50,919 nucleotides of DNA from a virus (IMGVR_UViG_3300032144_000015:1-50919), one strand, 5' to 3'. Positions 31,688-41,575 are shown, numbered from the stretch's first letter. Numbers and translations: made by a program. The notes: generated by a model from the sequence alone, not told the origin.

Positions 31688-32770
31688 CTATTCGCTTAGC
31701 CTTTTGACGATTGAATCGATATCGTGCGCAATCGCCAGCGCTGTATCAATCGTACAATCTGACGGCAGTCCGACGCAACGGCTGAACAGTGAGCACTTAT
31801 TACCCACAAATGGAAGCCTTTCGAATCCAGGCATGGAGGACAGAGGGATATAATATTGAGCAGCGATGAAATTATGAGCATACGCGGTTTTCTCGAATTC
31901 GCGAATGTCGATTCCTTCAGGCAGCGGGGCCACGCAGAGAGACAGATTCATCGAGGTCAGATCTCCGTCGTCAGACAGCAGCGCTGTCGAATAGATCCTC
32001 TGCAGGTTACGCCGGTGGCTTATCCGCTTATCGATTCGCTTCAGTTGATGGTGCTCCAGCTGCGCTGCGAGCACGGCAGAGGATAGCTCGCTTAGTTTAA
32101 AGTTGGTTCCTCCGTGATCGTAAATCATGCGATCCGGGTGGGTTCCAAAGTTGGATAAACATTTCAGACGGTCGGCCCAGCTTTGGTTTGGCAGGAGGAT
32201 CATACCGCCCTCGCCGATCGGAAGTGACTTCGTTGCATGGAACGAATAGACCGTCGCGAATTCATCGTCGTACTCGAAATCGCCCCACGCCCCGCAGTAA
32301 TCGAATATCAGATCGACGCGATATTTCCTGGCCATGTCCGCGTATGCGTCCCTGTCAATGCCGCGGCCGAATGGGTTTACGACGACGATGGTTCCGATAT
32401 CGTTCGTTCCGTCATTTGTGCGAAGGATGTATTCGAGTGTCCCAAGGTCCATGGCCCAGCTGCGAGGATCGCATTCGACCAGCCACACGTCCATGCCGGC
32501 GTTAAGAAACGGCAGGATCGTCCCTGCATGCGTGAAGTCGGGAACCAGAACCGTTTTCGTCCTGTCGATCGATCGCGTCAGGAGATCCAGCCCGGCTGCG
32601 CCAGATGAAACGAGGACCGGATTTTTTTTTCCGGTGATTTCTTTGAGCTCGTCCAAGCAGTGCTTATGCACCTCGCCGAAATTTGACCAGGTGCCCGATA
32701 GATAGCAGCCAGAAAGCCAGGAAGCTATCGAATCAGCATGCGGCATAAGTGGTTTTATTAGTGGGATCAT
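31688..32770 (-). CDS. DegT/DnrJ/EryC1-family PLP-dependent sugar aminotransferase
   Basis: Start re-picked to ATG 32770 (MIPLIKPLMP..., GAGG 7 nt upstream, 8 nt after the fibre stop). PLP-lysine motif SFHATKSLPIGEGG. Length is about 360 aa. Confidence 0.85.
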   Translation of the reverse strand: MIPLIKPLMPHADSIASWLSGCYLSGTWSNFGEVHKHCLDELKEITGKKNPVLVSSGAAGLDLLTRSIDRTKTVLVPDFTHAGTILPFLNAGMDVWLVECDPRSWAMDLGTLEYILRTNDGTNDIGTIVVVNPFGRGIDRDAYADMARKYRVDLIFDYCGAWGDFEYDDEFATVYSFHATKSLPIGEGGMILLPNQSWADRLKCLSNFGTHPDRMIYDHGGTNFKLSELSSAVLAAQLEHHQLKRIDKRISHRRNLQRIYSTALLSDDGDLTSMNLSLCVAPLPEGIDIREFEKTAYAHNFIAAQYYIPLSSMPGFERLPFVGNKCSLFSRCVGLPSDCTIDTALAIAHDIDSIVKRLSE

Positions 32771-32778
32771 GTTAAACC

Positions 32779-35700
32779 TCAAGCCCAAGTTGGTCGACTG
32801 TCTAACTCTACGTCACCAGAAATCGAAACGGCTGTATTCGCACTGCCTGCATTCGTTGCGAAGTTTATATTGCCAGTAGCCGATACAGTATTACATTGTG
32901 TTGGCGCTGCCGGGGTTCCGCCGAATAGCCAACCTGATATCGCTTGAGTAAACCCAGTCTTAAAAGTCACTCCAGGTATCGTAAATGTAGATGTGGTATG
33001 AGCTATGGAAGTCATCGAACCGACGAAATTGAATTTTATTCGGTGATTACCATCCTGATCCTGATAGTATATGAAAGCAGATCGAATCACACCCCAGCCA
33101 GCCAGCGTGCTCGTCGGAAGCTGATTTGTAACTTCGCCTTTCCTCGGAGCGACTAAGCCGGTTTCTACGGAATTTGCCTTTCCGAAACCGACGGGGGAAC
33201 TAGGGTTAGCCTTAACCAGACGATATCTGGTATTAGCTGTCATTCCTGACCATACACCGCCGCCAGCTGCACGGAATTTTCCGCGAATGATCGTATAGTT
33301 TCCGCTGTTATAATAGACACCAAGTCCAACATAGTTCGTTCCGTCGAATACGAGATCGCAGATATCAGCGCTAGGAAGCTTAAGCCAGGGACCGATACCG
33401 CCGGTTTGTATTTCGATACTGACGTCATCAGTGACTTGTTGCGGATTTATCCAGGGCTGAGCACCGATGAAAATCTGTTCATTAGTTCCGGCTGGCGTTG
33501 ACGTTGGAAGTACAGTCCCTTCGGGTCCTCTAACCGGAACGAAGGAGGAAAATCCTGTTGATAAATATTCCTGTTGAGCGCCAGCGCCGACGCTACTCGG
33601 CGTAGAGAATGTGGTTGTTTTCAGACCGCGAACAGAGATCCTTATGATATTACCAGAGGCCCATGTGAAAGGAACTGCAGCTGCATAATCGCTTTGATTC
33701 CTGACAACTCCAGTCTGCGCACCGTCTGTCTGCTGCATGGGCCTGAAGCGGATTCTATTCCCAGTAACAGTAACATCAGCTAAACCATAAGTTAGAAAGG
33801 TCCCATCGAATGCCTGTATCGTACCTTCGATATAATTCTGGCTGGCAGCGAATTGAAAATCGCCGCTCGGTATTTCCAACTCAAGGCTAGTCCCTGCTCC
33901 TGTCCATGCTGACGTAAGAGTGACGTTTACGCTTATATCTGCAGAATCACCTATCTGACGATACTCATAATGATTCTGAGTAAACGTAAAGGCTATGTTT
34001 CCTGATCCAGTTCGGAATGCCAGGCTTCCACCGGTCCTCCATGGTCCTCCTGAAAAACCTGATTGGCTTATTCCTGGGCCGATGTAGAAATCATCAAAGT
34101 AAGGGGCATAACCGAGTGCATTCGGTGTCGAGCAGTGAATGCATAGCCTATAGTTCACGCTGTTGCTTGTGGAAATGAACGTGATTCCATAAGCGTTATT
34201 CAATTTAGGAATCGGCGTTACGGATGGAGCGATAACCGCGCCCGTCGTCACGTCGACTATCCAAAAACTCAGATCACCGGCCGTGTAATTTGTGACGTCA
34301 GTTCCGAGCAGAACGTTAACGCCGATCATGCGGCCGACCTGCCGCCAGCCAAGGGGAATCGAGAACGATCTCGCCCAGCCCTGGCCCATGCGGTTCGCAG
34401 CGTCCTTGGTCATGACTGCCGAGACAGTTCCGTCGAGTGGGTTCGTTCCGGTCGCCAGGAAAGTAATATTCGCCGTTCCGCCGGTTCCAGTCTTTACCTT
34501 TCCCCTGACCATGGTTCCAGTGCCGTTCGTCGTCAGCGGCAGCGCAACGCCACCGGCCGTGGCCGACAGCTGGAAAGTAAGGCCGGTCGGATTTATCACA
34601 AAATAGAGGGTATTGATTACGATACCGGTCGTGCTGGTTATCGTCTGGAATGAAACGGTCTCGCCGGCAGCCGGCAGACCGGAAACCACGGTGACGAGAT
34701 CGCCGGCGTCAGTGAAGGTCACCGATTCCGATTCAGAGTAAGCCGCCCAGCTTTCAGGCACCGAACCAGGCGAGGACTGCTCGAAATTTCCATTCGTCAA
34801 AAAATTGACAGGGAAGTCCGAACCGCCGGGGCTGCCGCCCCCCTGGAGGATTCCGCGTGCGTCGAAAATGTCATGCTCGGTGATCGTGGCGCCGTTACTG
34901 GATCCGAGCAGCGAGAACGCAATGGGCTGGCCACTCGTTGGTATCGAGACGGATCCAGCGCCGGAGGCTGCCTGATCACGGATTCCGTTATAGCACTGCG
35001 CGCGCGTTCCAGCCGTCCCATAGCTGATCGATAGCGTGCTATCAGGGCGAAGGACTGTCGTCGCAACGATGAAGTTTCCGGCCGAAGGAACGCTCGGAGT
35101 GAAAGCGCTCGAGGCCCCGTCGCCGCCCGTAATGGCCCCGGTCTGAAAATTGACGAAGGTATCGTTACTGTTAAACGCGCCGGCCGGGGTTTTCGGGAAT
35201 ATCGCCCCTCGGTTATTCGCTGAGGCCTTGAACTGGCGCTGATTCCCACGCGCGGGGGCCAGCTGACTTGGCTTAATACCGAGGACCTGGCTGCTTAAAC
35301 GGTAAGGCCTGAGACGGTCATCGAACTGCGCCACGTTCTGAAGGTATGCCGAGTTTTTCGCGAGCGTGTCCCTGACGCTAAAGTCCATGTCCTCCATACC
35401 GATCACGGTCTGGCCCGGGAAGGTTCGAACGCCGACGATGACCACGTCATTCGGTTCGGTCGCGGGATATTCGGGGGCCGACGCGGCAGTTCCTGGAAGC
35501 GAGATCACATGCGAACCCAAGGTCGTTTTCAGAAACACCGTCTGGACCGGATTCGTCGGGTTCGTTATCGGGTTGGTATCTGTCAGGATCGGCCGCGCCA
35601 CGATCAGAGACCGCGTAAAGAGACTGCCGGTGGGCGCCGTAAAGCTTAGCGGAGTGTCGGCCGTCACGTTATGAAAATAGCCGCTCGCGCTTTTAGCGAG

Positions 35701-35889
35701 GCCTGCGCTGATAGTCAGGGCCATGGCCCCGCCCGTCGCCGGAATGAGGCCTGACAGGATCGATCCGTTCATCAGCCCCTCGAGCATGCCGGCCGGGTAA
35801 TCTCGCAGTTCGGCCTGGAACGAAGTCATGTCCGCCGCTAAAACCCGATACCGTTTAAACCAATTATAGATGAATGGGACCTGGGCCAT
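32779..35889 (-). CDS. Tail fibre / receptor-binding protein
   Basis: 1036 aa, Gly/Thr/Ser/Ala-rich and beta-rich. It is the last gene of the baseplate module, after the gp48-like gene. Confidence 0.7.
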   Translation of the reverse strand: MAQVPFIYNWFKRYRVLAADMTSFQAELRDYPAGMLEGLMNGSILSGLIPATGGAMALTISAGLAKSASGYFHNVTADTPLSFTAPTGSLFTRSLIVARPILTDTNPITNPTNPVQTVFLKTTLGSHVISLPGTAASAPEYPATEPNDVVIVGVRTFPGQTVIGMEDMDFSVRDTLAKNSAYLQNVAQFDDRLRPYRLSSQVLGIKPSQLAPARGNQRQFKASANNRGAIFPKTPAGAFNSNDTFVNFQTGAITGGDGASSAFTPSVPSAGNFIVATTVLRPDSTLSISYGTAGTRAQCYNGIRDQAASGAGSVSIPTSGQPIAFSLLGSSNGATITEHDIFDARGILQGGGSPGGSDFPVNFLTNGNFEQSSPGSVPESWAAYSESESVTFTDAGDLVTVVSGLPAAGETVSFQTITSTTGIVINTLYFVINPTGLTFQLSATAGGVALPLTTNGTGTMVRGKVKTGTGGTANITFLATGTNPLDGTVSAVMTKDAANRMGQGWARSFSIPLGWRQVGRMIGVNVLLGTDVTNYTAGDLSFWIVDVTTGAVIAPSVTPIPKLNNAYGITFISTSNSVNYRLCIHCSTPNALGYAPYFDDFYIGPGISQSGFSGGPWRTGGSLAFRTGSGNIAFTFTQNHYEYRQIGDSADISVNVTLTSAWTGAGTSLELEIPSGDFQFAASQNYIEGTIQAFDGTFLTYGLADVTVTGNRIRFRPMQQTDGAQTGVVRNQSDYAAAVPFTWASGNIIRISVRGLKTTTFSTPSSVGAGAQQEYLSTGFSSFVPVRGPEGTVLPTSTPAGTNEQIFIGAQPWINPQQVTDDVSIEIQTGGIGPWLKLPSADICDLVFDGTNYVGLGVYYNSGNYTIIRGKFRAAGGGVWSGMTANTRYRLVKANPSSPVGFGKANSVETGLVAPRKGEVTNQLPTSTLAGWGVIRSAFIYYQDQDGNHRIKFNFVGSMTSIAHTTSTFTIPGVTFKTGFTQAISGWLFGGTPAAPTQCNTVSATGNINFATNAGSANTAVSISGDVELDSRPTWA

Positions 35890-35901
35890 GTTTTCATTCC
35901 T

Positions 35902-36603
35902 TCATGGTGGCGGGTTTAGAGCGTCGGCTGGATCGAGGCCGGACGTGATCACGTGATTGCTTCGCGCGGGTTCCGCGATATTCAAGGCCTTATGAATTTC
36001 GTTATATTCCTCGGCTGTCAGCGTGTAGCCGAAAATTCGGACTTCATACGTGTATGCCTCCGTCTGCATTTCCGCCCATTCTGCTGGCGTCATGCCGTGA
36101 TCAGAGGGTTCGTCCTCGCAGAGATTCGGGCCGGTCGCGAGCAGAAAATTCGTTCCGTTTAAGATGGTAGAATAATCGAGGAGCGATACATCGAGGATCC
36201 AGCCGCCGTCGCCGCAGCCCCATTCGATAATCTCGATCAGCTTATCAGTGCCGATGACCGACTGCACGGTGACGAGCATGTCGTTTTTTGTGAGGCCTTT
36301 GCGTGATCTGATTTTCGCGGTAACGCGGTCCTGCCGCTCCTGGATCGTTTGTGCAGCGTCCTGGGCGACGCCGAATGCCGTGATTTCCCAGTCAGTGATT
36401 TTCTCGACGGCCGTACTGGGAAAATAATTATCGTAGATCCGCTCCTGATTATCGTATGCAGTGCCGATACAGCCAGCGATCGAATCATTATCCGCTGTCG
36501 AGAAAAACGCCGAGGGCGCTCCGTCTGGATAGGCGAAGTCAGGCAGTTCCCGCTGCAGGAGGCGATAGACTTCTTCACGTGTCAGAAACTTCGGCATAAT
36601 CAA
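35902..36603 (-). CDS. Baseplate wedge/tail protein, Mu gp48 (DUF2313/YmfQ)-like
   Basis: 233 aa. Its position directly after the baseplate-J-like gene (4-nt overlap) and the N-terminal FLTREEVYRLLQRELP pattern are typical of this family. Confidence 0.55.
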   Translation of the reverse strand: MIMPKFLTREEVYRLLQRELPDFAYPDGAPSAFFSTADNDSIAGCIGTAYDNQERIYDNYFPSTAVEKITDWEITAFGVAQDAAQTIQERQDRVTAKIRSRKGLTKNDMLVTVQSVIGTDKLIEIIEWGCGDGGWILDVSLLDYSTILNGTNFLLATGPNLCEDEPSDHGMTPAEWAEMQTEAYTYEVRIFGYTLTAEEYNEIHKALNIAEPARSNHVITSGLDPADALNPPP

Positions 36604-37808
36604 ACCATCTCAATTATGGTTATCACTCCTGGAATCGCGACCTCATTTCCAAGGAGCGCGCGGTTTATACTGCTCGGACTTAGATTTTGCACCTGCCGAT
36701 CGATCAGGATCTGCGCGATATTTCCGATCGTGTAGGGACTGGCCGAAAGGTTCCCGTCGATCACCTCCTCCATTTCCGAGGCGACCACAAAACCGGACGG
36801 CCCAAGGATTCGGCCGCCGGGCGGCGTCTTATAGATCGCCCGCTGCACTTCGCGCTGAACGAGCTGATTTTGTGTCAGCGTCTGTCCTGATAGAACCGTG
36901 CTTCCGTCGCCAGAGGCATAGCGGACGCGAACCGTCACGTCCTGGATAGTGGAAGCTGGAGGTAACACCGTCGCACAATCCGTGATCGGATTTTGTGTTT
37001 CCACGTAATCCTGGACTTTCGCGACGAGATCGTCGGAGGGCAGGATGACGACAGGATCGCCGTTATCCAGCGCTTCATCGATATTTGTCGTGCCTGCGGT
37101 GATAATGACGCCCACCGTTCCAAAGCCAAACGGAAATCGAAGCACGTTGGCGGACGTCACCGAAGGATCCGCGGCGAGGGCGAACTGGATATAATCGTCG
37201 ACCTTTCCGCCTGCGAGCGGGGTTCTGATCTGCCGGAGGATTCGATCTGCGGCCTCGGCGTTCGATTCGATATCGCGGCCGTCTGAGATATTCGCCGCGT
37301 AGACCGAAGCGTTCGGCAGAATCCCTGCCGGCGGGGAAAGGAACGCGAGCGGGCTGTCCATAAGGAGATTCTGATCCTGGCCGGTGGAAACCGATCTGAC
37401 GGGAACCGATCCAGTAACAGCCCCGCCCTGGAAAGTGAAGTCCTCGGTTGTGGCGTAGATATTCCCATTCGGAGCGTACTGCAGCTGGGTTCCGGCTGCC
37501 AGAAACGAACCGGTCGCCGAAGCATTGATAAGGGCGTCGCCCTGGGCCTGGGTTGGCTGCCGAAATCCCTCGCCGAAATAGGTAAAGAGATGACGCTCGA
37601 GCGCCTCGCGCCGTGCCGATTGTGGGAAAGCGTCGTTCGATATTTTCAGTTGATCAGCGTAGACGCCAGATAAAACGCCGCCCACGACATGTCCACGGAT
37701 CCACCAATCGCTATCGGTCTGGCCGGTGTTGACTTCCGGTTTCAGAATTTTCAGATTGAGCAGGTATTCCTGCGCGATCTCTTCGGGCGTTTTATAGTCG
37801 AGTGCCAT
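36600..37808 (-). CDS. Baseplate J-like protein (Mu gp47 / P2 gpJ)
   Basis: 402 aa. Size and position fit, as does the N-terminal pattern YKTPEEIAQEYLLNLKILKPEVNTGQTDSDWWIRGHVVGG. Confidence 0.7.
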   Translation of the reverse strand: MALDYKTPEEIAQEYLLNLKILKPEVNTGQTDSDWWIRGHVVGGVLSGVYADQLKISNDAFPQSARREALERHLFTYFGEGFRQPTQAQGDALINASATGSFLAAGTQLQYAPNGNIYATTEDFTFQGGAVTGSVPVRSVSTGQDQNLLMDSPLAFLSPPAGILPNASVYAANISDGRDIESNAEAADRILRQIRTPLAGGKVDDYIQFALAADPSVTSANVLRFPFGFGTVGVIITAGTTNIDEALDNGDPVVILPSDDLVAKVQDYVETQNPITDCATVLPPASTIQDVTVRVRYASGDGSTVLSGQTLTQNQLVQREVQRAIYKTPPGGRILGPSGFVVASEMEEVIDGNLSASPYTIGNIAQILIDRQVQNLSPSSINRALLGNEVAIPGVITIIEMV

Positions 37809-37811
37809 GTG

Positions 37812-38204
37812 TTACCCACCTAGATGTTTCATCAAAGGTAAAGCTGGTATTTCAAGCTGATCAAAAACTCCGCGCTGGCGTTGGATCACAATATCAAGTC
37901 CGACGCTATTGCGCGCGGCTAAAATCGTCTCGACCGTGATCGAAATGGCCCGGCCATCGTCGAGGATCGGCTGGAGCGCCACAGAACCGGTGTTCTCGAT
38001 TTTAGTGGTATCGCCGCCGCTGGGATTTTTTTTGATCTGGTTAAAGGTCGAACCATAATTTCTGTCAGGTGCATACATCCAGCCGTCGCGCGCGATTTTC
38101 AGGCGATAGTAGGCTGGCACGACGAGCGAATCGGTCTGCAGTGGAGCGCCGTTTTCCATTTCATAATCGCCCGTTTTAGGGTTTACCATCCAGTTCTGGG
38201 CCAT
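37812..38204 (-). CDS. Baseplate protein, Mu gp46-like
   Basis: 130 aa. The start MAQNWMVNPKTGDYEMENGAPLQTDSLVVPAYYRL resembles the GP46 family. Sits between the gp45-like and gp47-like genes. Confidence 0.55.
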   Translation of the reverse strand: MAQNWMVNPKTGDYEMENGAPLQTDSLVVPAYYRLKIARDGWMYAPDRNYGSTFNQIKKNPSGGDTTKIENTGSVALQPILDDGRAISITVETILAARNSVGLDIVIQRQRGVFDQLEIPALPLMKHLGG

Positions 38205-38215
38205 TGCTTTCCACC

Positions 38216-38452
38216 TTATGTTATCTGCAGAGGAACGGGCGCTGGAGGCCCGACTTGCGAAGCTGCGCTGCCTGACGTTTGGATCGCTGCCGGCGGTATC
38301 GTCACGACACCGGCCGTGGTTATATGCTGCACGATCGCCTTGGCAATGGCCTGGGCGAACTTGTCCACCATCGCCGGCTCGGTGATCGTAGGATCCGAGT
38401 TTTTCATTTCGGTCGCTATGAGATTCGCGAGAACGCTGTCGCTTAATGCCAT
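38216..38452 (-). CDS. Small baseplate-module protein (unknown)
   Basis: 78-aa ORF abutting the upstream stop. Confidence 0.45.
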   Translation of the reverse strand: MALSDSVLANLIATEMKNSDPTITEPAMVDKFAQAIAKAIVQHITTAGVVTIPPAAIQTSGSAASQVGPPAPVPLQIT

Positions 38453-39046
38453 TTAGAGGCCCCCATCGGTTGTCGAGATAAGCTTATCAGCTTCGACTAT
38501 TTCAGTTTTCAGCTTGGTAAAATCTGCGACGTTATTCGCTGGCGATCCAGGAGATGGGTGGACGTGGGCGACGATAAGGTCGATTATCTGGCCCAAAAAA
38601 TCGTTACTCTCGACACCAAGGAGGAGCGGCTTATCAGCCGTGCCGCCCTTTCCGACGAATATCCCATCGGCGTTCGAAGTAATCATGGGCCCTTTCTCTG
38701 CCGCATACATCGCCGCCGCGCCCTCGTCGATCTCGGGCCTATCCTTATCACGGTGACCAAGGACGATAAGATTTCCAGGATCCGAACCCATGCGTCCGAT
38801 CACGCTTATGATTCCCTGGGGGGCGCGCGAGACGAACCCAAACGGGTGCATGACGGGACGTTCCTCGATCGAGTTGGCGCCTGGGTAACCGGGCGTTTCT
38901 ATCGTTTCAGTCATCGATGTATTGACGCCGACCTGTCCGGAAAGGATCAGCATAAGCGAGCGCTGAATCTCATAGCGGATAAATTGTTTCACTTCAGGAT
39001 CTATCATGGCGCTCTTATGTCCCCCACGATAGCGCCGAAGCGGCAA
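38453..39046 (-). CDS. Baseplate assembly protein V / central spike (Mu gp45-like)
   Basis: 197 aa. The motif ERPVMHPFGFVSRAPQGIISVIGRMG is typical of gpV-type OB-fold spikes. Confidence 0.65.
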   Translation of the reverse strand: MPLRRYRGGHKSAMIDPEVKQFIRYEIQRSLMLILSGQVGVNTSMTETIETPGYPGANSIEERPVMHPFGFVSRAPQGIISVIGRMGSDPGNLIVLGHRDKDRPEIDEGAAAMYAAEKGPMITSNADGIFVGKGGTADKPLLLGVESNDFLGQIIDLIVAHVHPSPGSPANNVADFTKLKTEIVEADKLISTTDGGL

Positions 39047-40227
39047 AACTGAAGCGTCGTACGCTGTCCGCCGTCGTCTGTTAGTTCATATTCGACACCG
39101 TAGAGATACATTTCCTCGTCGAGGCCCTCGCGTTCGACCGTGATTTTATAGACCGTGTCGACGACATAGGGTTCGCCCGCTTCATTAAAGTGCCCCTGCA
39201 CGATCGCATGCACCTGGATCTCGTTAATGTTCTGTCGAGCAGCCTCGCGCTTGACGTAAGCCTGGAGGAGGTTCCCGGCACCGGCGGCCGTGATCTGGTT
39301 AATGCCGGCCAGCCCCTGCGGATCGGTGGCGTTTGGCGCTGAGACGACCACGGTTTTCGGAACGAGGTAACCAAGCTTTCGAAGTCTGTCCGGCCCCGGC
39401 GCAGCGTTATTCAGAACGCCCTCGGGCGCGACGCGGGCGACCACGGATTCCTGCCCGGTCCAGACGGGAAACAGCATGTTGGCGATCTGCGTCGAGGAGC
39501 GCACGACACGGATCGAAAGGACGTTAGAGGAACGCTGCGAGCGCGAAGCGATCAGCGCGCCCTTGCTCGGCTGGGCCATGTTGGGCTTTCCGATAATAAG
39601 CTGGCCGCTTGAACCCATCCAGGCGACGCAGTTCAGGGGTTCCAGAAAACGCAGCAGCCCCTGGAGTTTCGATTCACTCGGTTCCGTTGCGAGCAGATAT
39701 TTCGCCTGGGGCGCGTCGCGCAGCTCGACGCTCTTTATTTTTGTGTTCTCTATTATCAGATCGACGCCGCCCTTGACTGTTATGTCCTTGGCATAAATCT
39801 GCTTACTCTGAATGCTGACGGCGTCCTGATCCTCGAGCTGTCCCATAAGGTCCCGGCCCGTGATCGAGGCGCGTTCGCCGGCGTCGGCGTCAAGGTCGAA
39901 TTCGGTCTGATCGATAATACCGGTCGCGATCGGCACGTCATTCGCCGTCAGCGTTATGATATCGCCCTCCTTTATAACCTGGTTAAGCGGGGGGCCGTCG
40001 GGAAAGGCGAAAGTGAAGCTAAACGAATCGACCGGTATCAGAATGTTACTCGAAAATTGGTATGACATGAATCGATCGAGGGCGATGACCTGGCTGCCGT
40101 CGAGCGGCTTAATGATTATGCTGATCGGCGGGCTTTGGCCGGTTTTTTCGAGCGTCCGCAAAAGTCCCCCAGATCCTAACTGGGAAAACTGCGCGACGTT
40201 CACATTTGGAAAACTCGTAATCGCCAT
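39004..40227 (-). CDS. Baseplate hub protein (Mu gpP/gp44, P2 gpD-like)
   Basis: 407 aa. Lies between the gpN-like and gpV-like genes, as in Mu/P2-type tails. Confidence 0.6.
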   Translation of the reverse strand: MAITSFPNVNVAQFSQLGSGGLLRTLEKTGQSPPISIIIKPLDGSQVIALDRFMSYQFSSNILIPVDSFSFTFAFPDGPPLNQVIKEGDIITLTANDVPIATGIIDQTEFDLDADAGERASITGRDLMGQLEDQDAVSIQSKQIYAKDITVKGGVDLIIENTKIKSVELRDAPQAKYLLATEPSESKLQGLLRFLEPLNCVAWMGSSGQLIIGKPNMAQPSKGALIASRSQRSSNVLSIRVVRSSTQIANMLFPVWTGQESVVARVAPEGVLNNAAPGPDRLRKLGYLVPKTVVVSAPNATDPQGLAGINQITAAGAGNLLQAYVKREAARQNINEIQVHAIVQGHFNEAGEPYVVDTVYKITVEREGLDEEMYLYGVEYELTDDGGQRTTLQFCRFGAIVGDIRAP

Positions 40228-41438
40228 TAGCTCACCGGTATTTTAAGGACCACGCCGGGCGTGATGTAGTTGGTCGAAAGCAGAAACGGGTTTAGGAGAT
40301 CCAGTTCCTGCACTCTGTTGACGTCGACGCCGTTGGCGAACGCCACCTCGCGGAGCGACATGACGCGCGGCACCTGATAGTCGATCACGCGCGCCTGGGA
40401 CGAGGCGACACCTTTCTCGAGAACGTCCTGAAGGAGGACCGCGGTTTGTTTGAGCTCTACCACGGTATCGTAAAGCTCGAGCGCCCCGCCGTTATCGTAG
40501 ATCGTATTAATGATCTGCGATAGTTCATCGCGACGTGCTATGACCTGCTTCGTCAGGTTATTGACGGCCGTGGCGACCAGAACGTCCTGGCTTAGAGCGT
40601 CGACCGGCACTGCATTAAACGGATCCGAAGGAGTGGACACGGTTTTAAAAGTGTCGCTCGAAGTCGTGCCATCTGAGTTTCGAATCCCTCCGAATTCGGT
40701 GGGCAGCAGCCCCGGGATATCAGCGCTTCCCCCCTTGGAGTTGAAAGTCGAATTCATCTGCGTCAGCGTGCTGGCATTGTTTTTGTTGTAAGTCGCCAGA
40801 TAGGAGTTAAGGAGGTTTTTCACGCCCCGGGCGAGGAGGACCGCCCCCTCGATTTTCGCCGCAGCTGCATTAATGATATTAAAAATTTTCAGGGCTGCCG
40901 ACAGCGCGCCCTTGACTGTGCTGTCTTTTAGCTGGCGGATATTTCCGATCGTAAAGTTGTGCTCGATGAATTTCACTTGCAGCGCGACAGCCTTTCGCGT
41001 GCCAGATTCATGCGTTTCGGTGTATTCGTCGACGACGCACGTGATCTCGCCCCGGACCGGGTGGACGAGCTTGCCGGGCGTTGGCTTATCGAATTCAGCG
41101 AGGAGCGCGCGATAGCCCTCCATGTAGTGGAGGCCGAAAATCAGAATGTCCATGTCGAAGGTGTTACCCTTTCGCCCAAGGTCATCCGTCGTCTGTCCGT
41201 CGCGATAGGGATATTTATAGACGGCCTTTCGCCGGCCTCCGCTTCCCTGCGCGCGCGACAGCGCGCCCTGCCAGGAGGTTTTCGAGCTGAATACATGGAA
41301 AATAACGCCGTTATAGGAACCCTCCTTGAGGTCCCATAGCCGCGGATCCTGGCCCCCGAACAGGCCCAGCGTGGCACCAAATGCCCCCTGGGTTATGACG
41401 TTAAAGTCGGCGGCCTTGCTTATGTCTAATTTCGGCAT
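40227..41438 (-). CDS. Mu gpN-like 'DNA circulation' tail protein with C-terminal LysM-like segment
   Basis: The N-terminus (GSYNGVIFHVF...GSGGRRKAVYKYPYRDGQTTDDLGRKGNTFDMDILIFG) matches the gpN signature (GRR..P.RDG...DLGR). The C-terminus (LREVAFANGVDVNRVQELDLLNPFL...ITPGVVLKIP) looks like LysM. Confidence 0.75.
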   Translation of the reverse strand: MPKLDISKAADFNVITQGAFGATLGLFGGQDPRLWDLKEGSYNGVIFHVFSSKTSWQGALSRAQGSGGRRKAVYKYPYRDGQTTDDLGRKGNTFDMDILIFGLHYMEGYRALLAEFDKPTPGKLVHPVRGEITCVVDEYTETHESGTRKAVALQVKFIEHNFTIGNIRQLKDSTVKGALSAALKIFNIINAAAAKIEGAVLLARGVKNLLNSYLATYNKNNASTLTQMNSTFNSKGGSADIPGLLPTEFGGIRNSDGTTSSDTFKTVSTPSDPFNAVPVDALSQDVLVATAVNNLTKQVIARRDELSQIINTIYDNGGALELYDTVVELKQTAVLLQDVLEKGVASSQARVIDYQVPRVMSLREVAFANGVDVNRVQELDLLNPFLLSTNYITPGVVLKIPVS

Positions 41439-41575
41439 ACTTTATTCCGCTGTTTTTTCTTTTTTTTCCGGCGTTTTTTTGCGACAGCTTCACGCATTGC
41501 ATACAGAGCAGCTGGCGCGGTTTCCCCAACCTTAAGTACGTCGTCTCTAAAATGAAGGTTTCCAACTTTTGCCAT
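41423..41575 (-). CDS. Possible Lys-rich micro-protein (50 aa; doubtful)
   Basis: The ATG follows the tape-measure stop directly (TAAATG). My translation is MAKVGNLHFRDDVLKVGETAPAALYAMREAVAKKRRKKKKKQRNKVCRN. It spans three homopolymer tracts. Confidence 0.25.

Noticed and set aside
32188-32705. Three overlapping plus-strand ORFs antisense to the DegT aminotransferase gene
   Set aside because: The minus-strand product carries the PLP-lysine motif. These ORFs are Arg-rich shadow frames.
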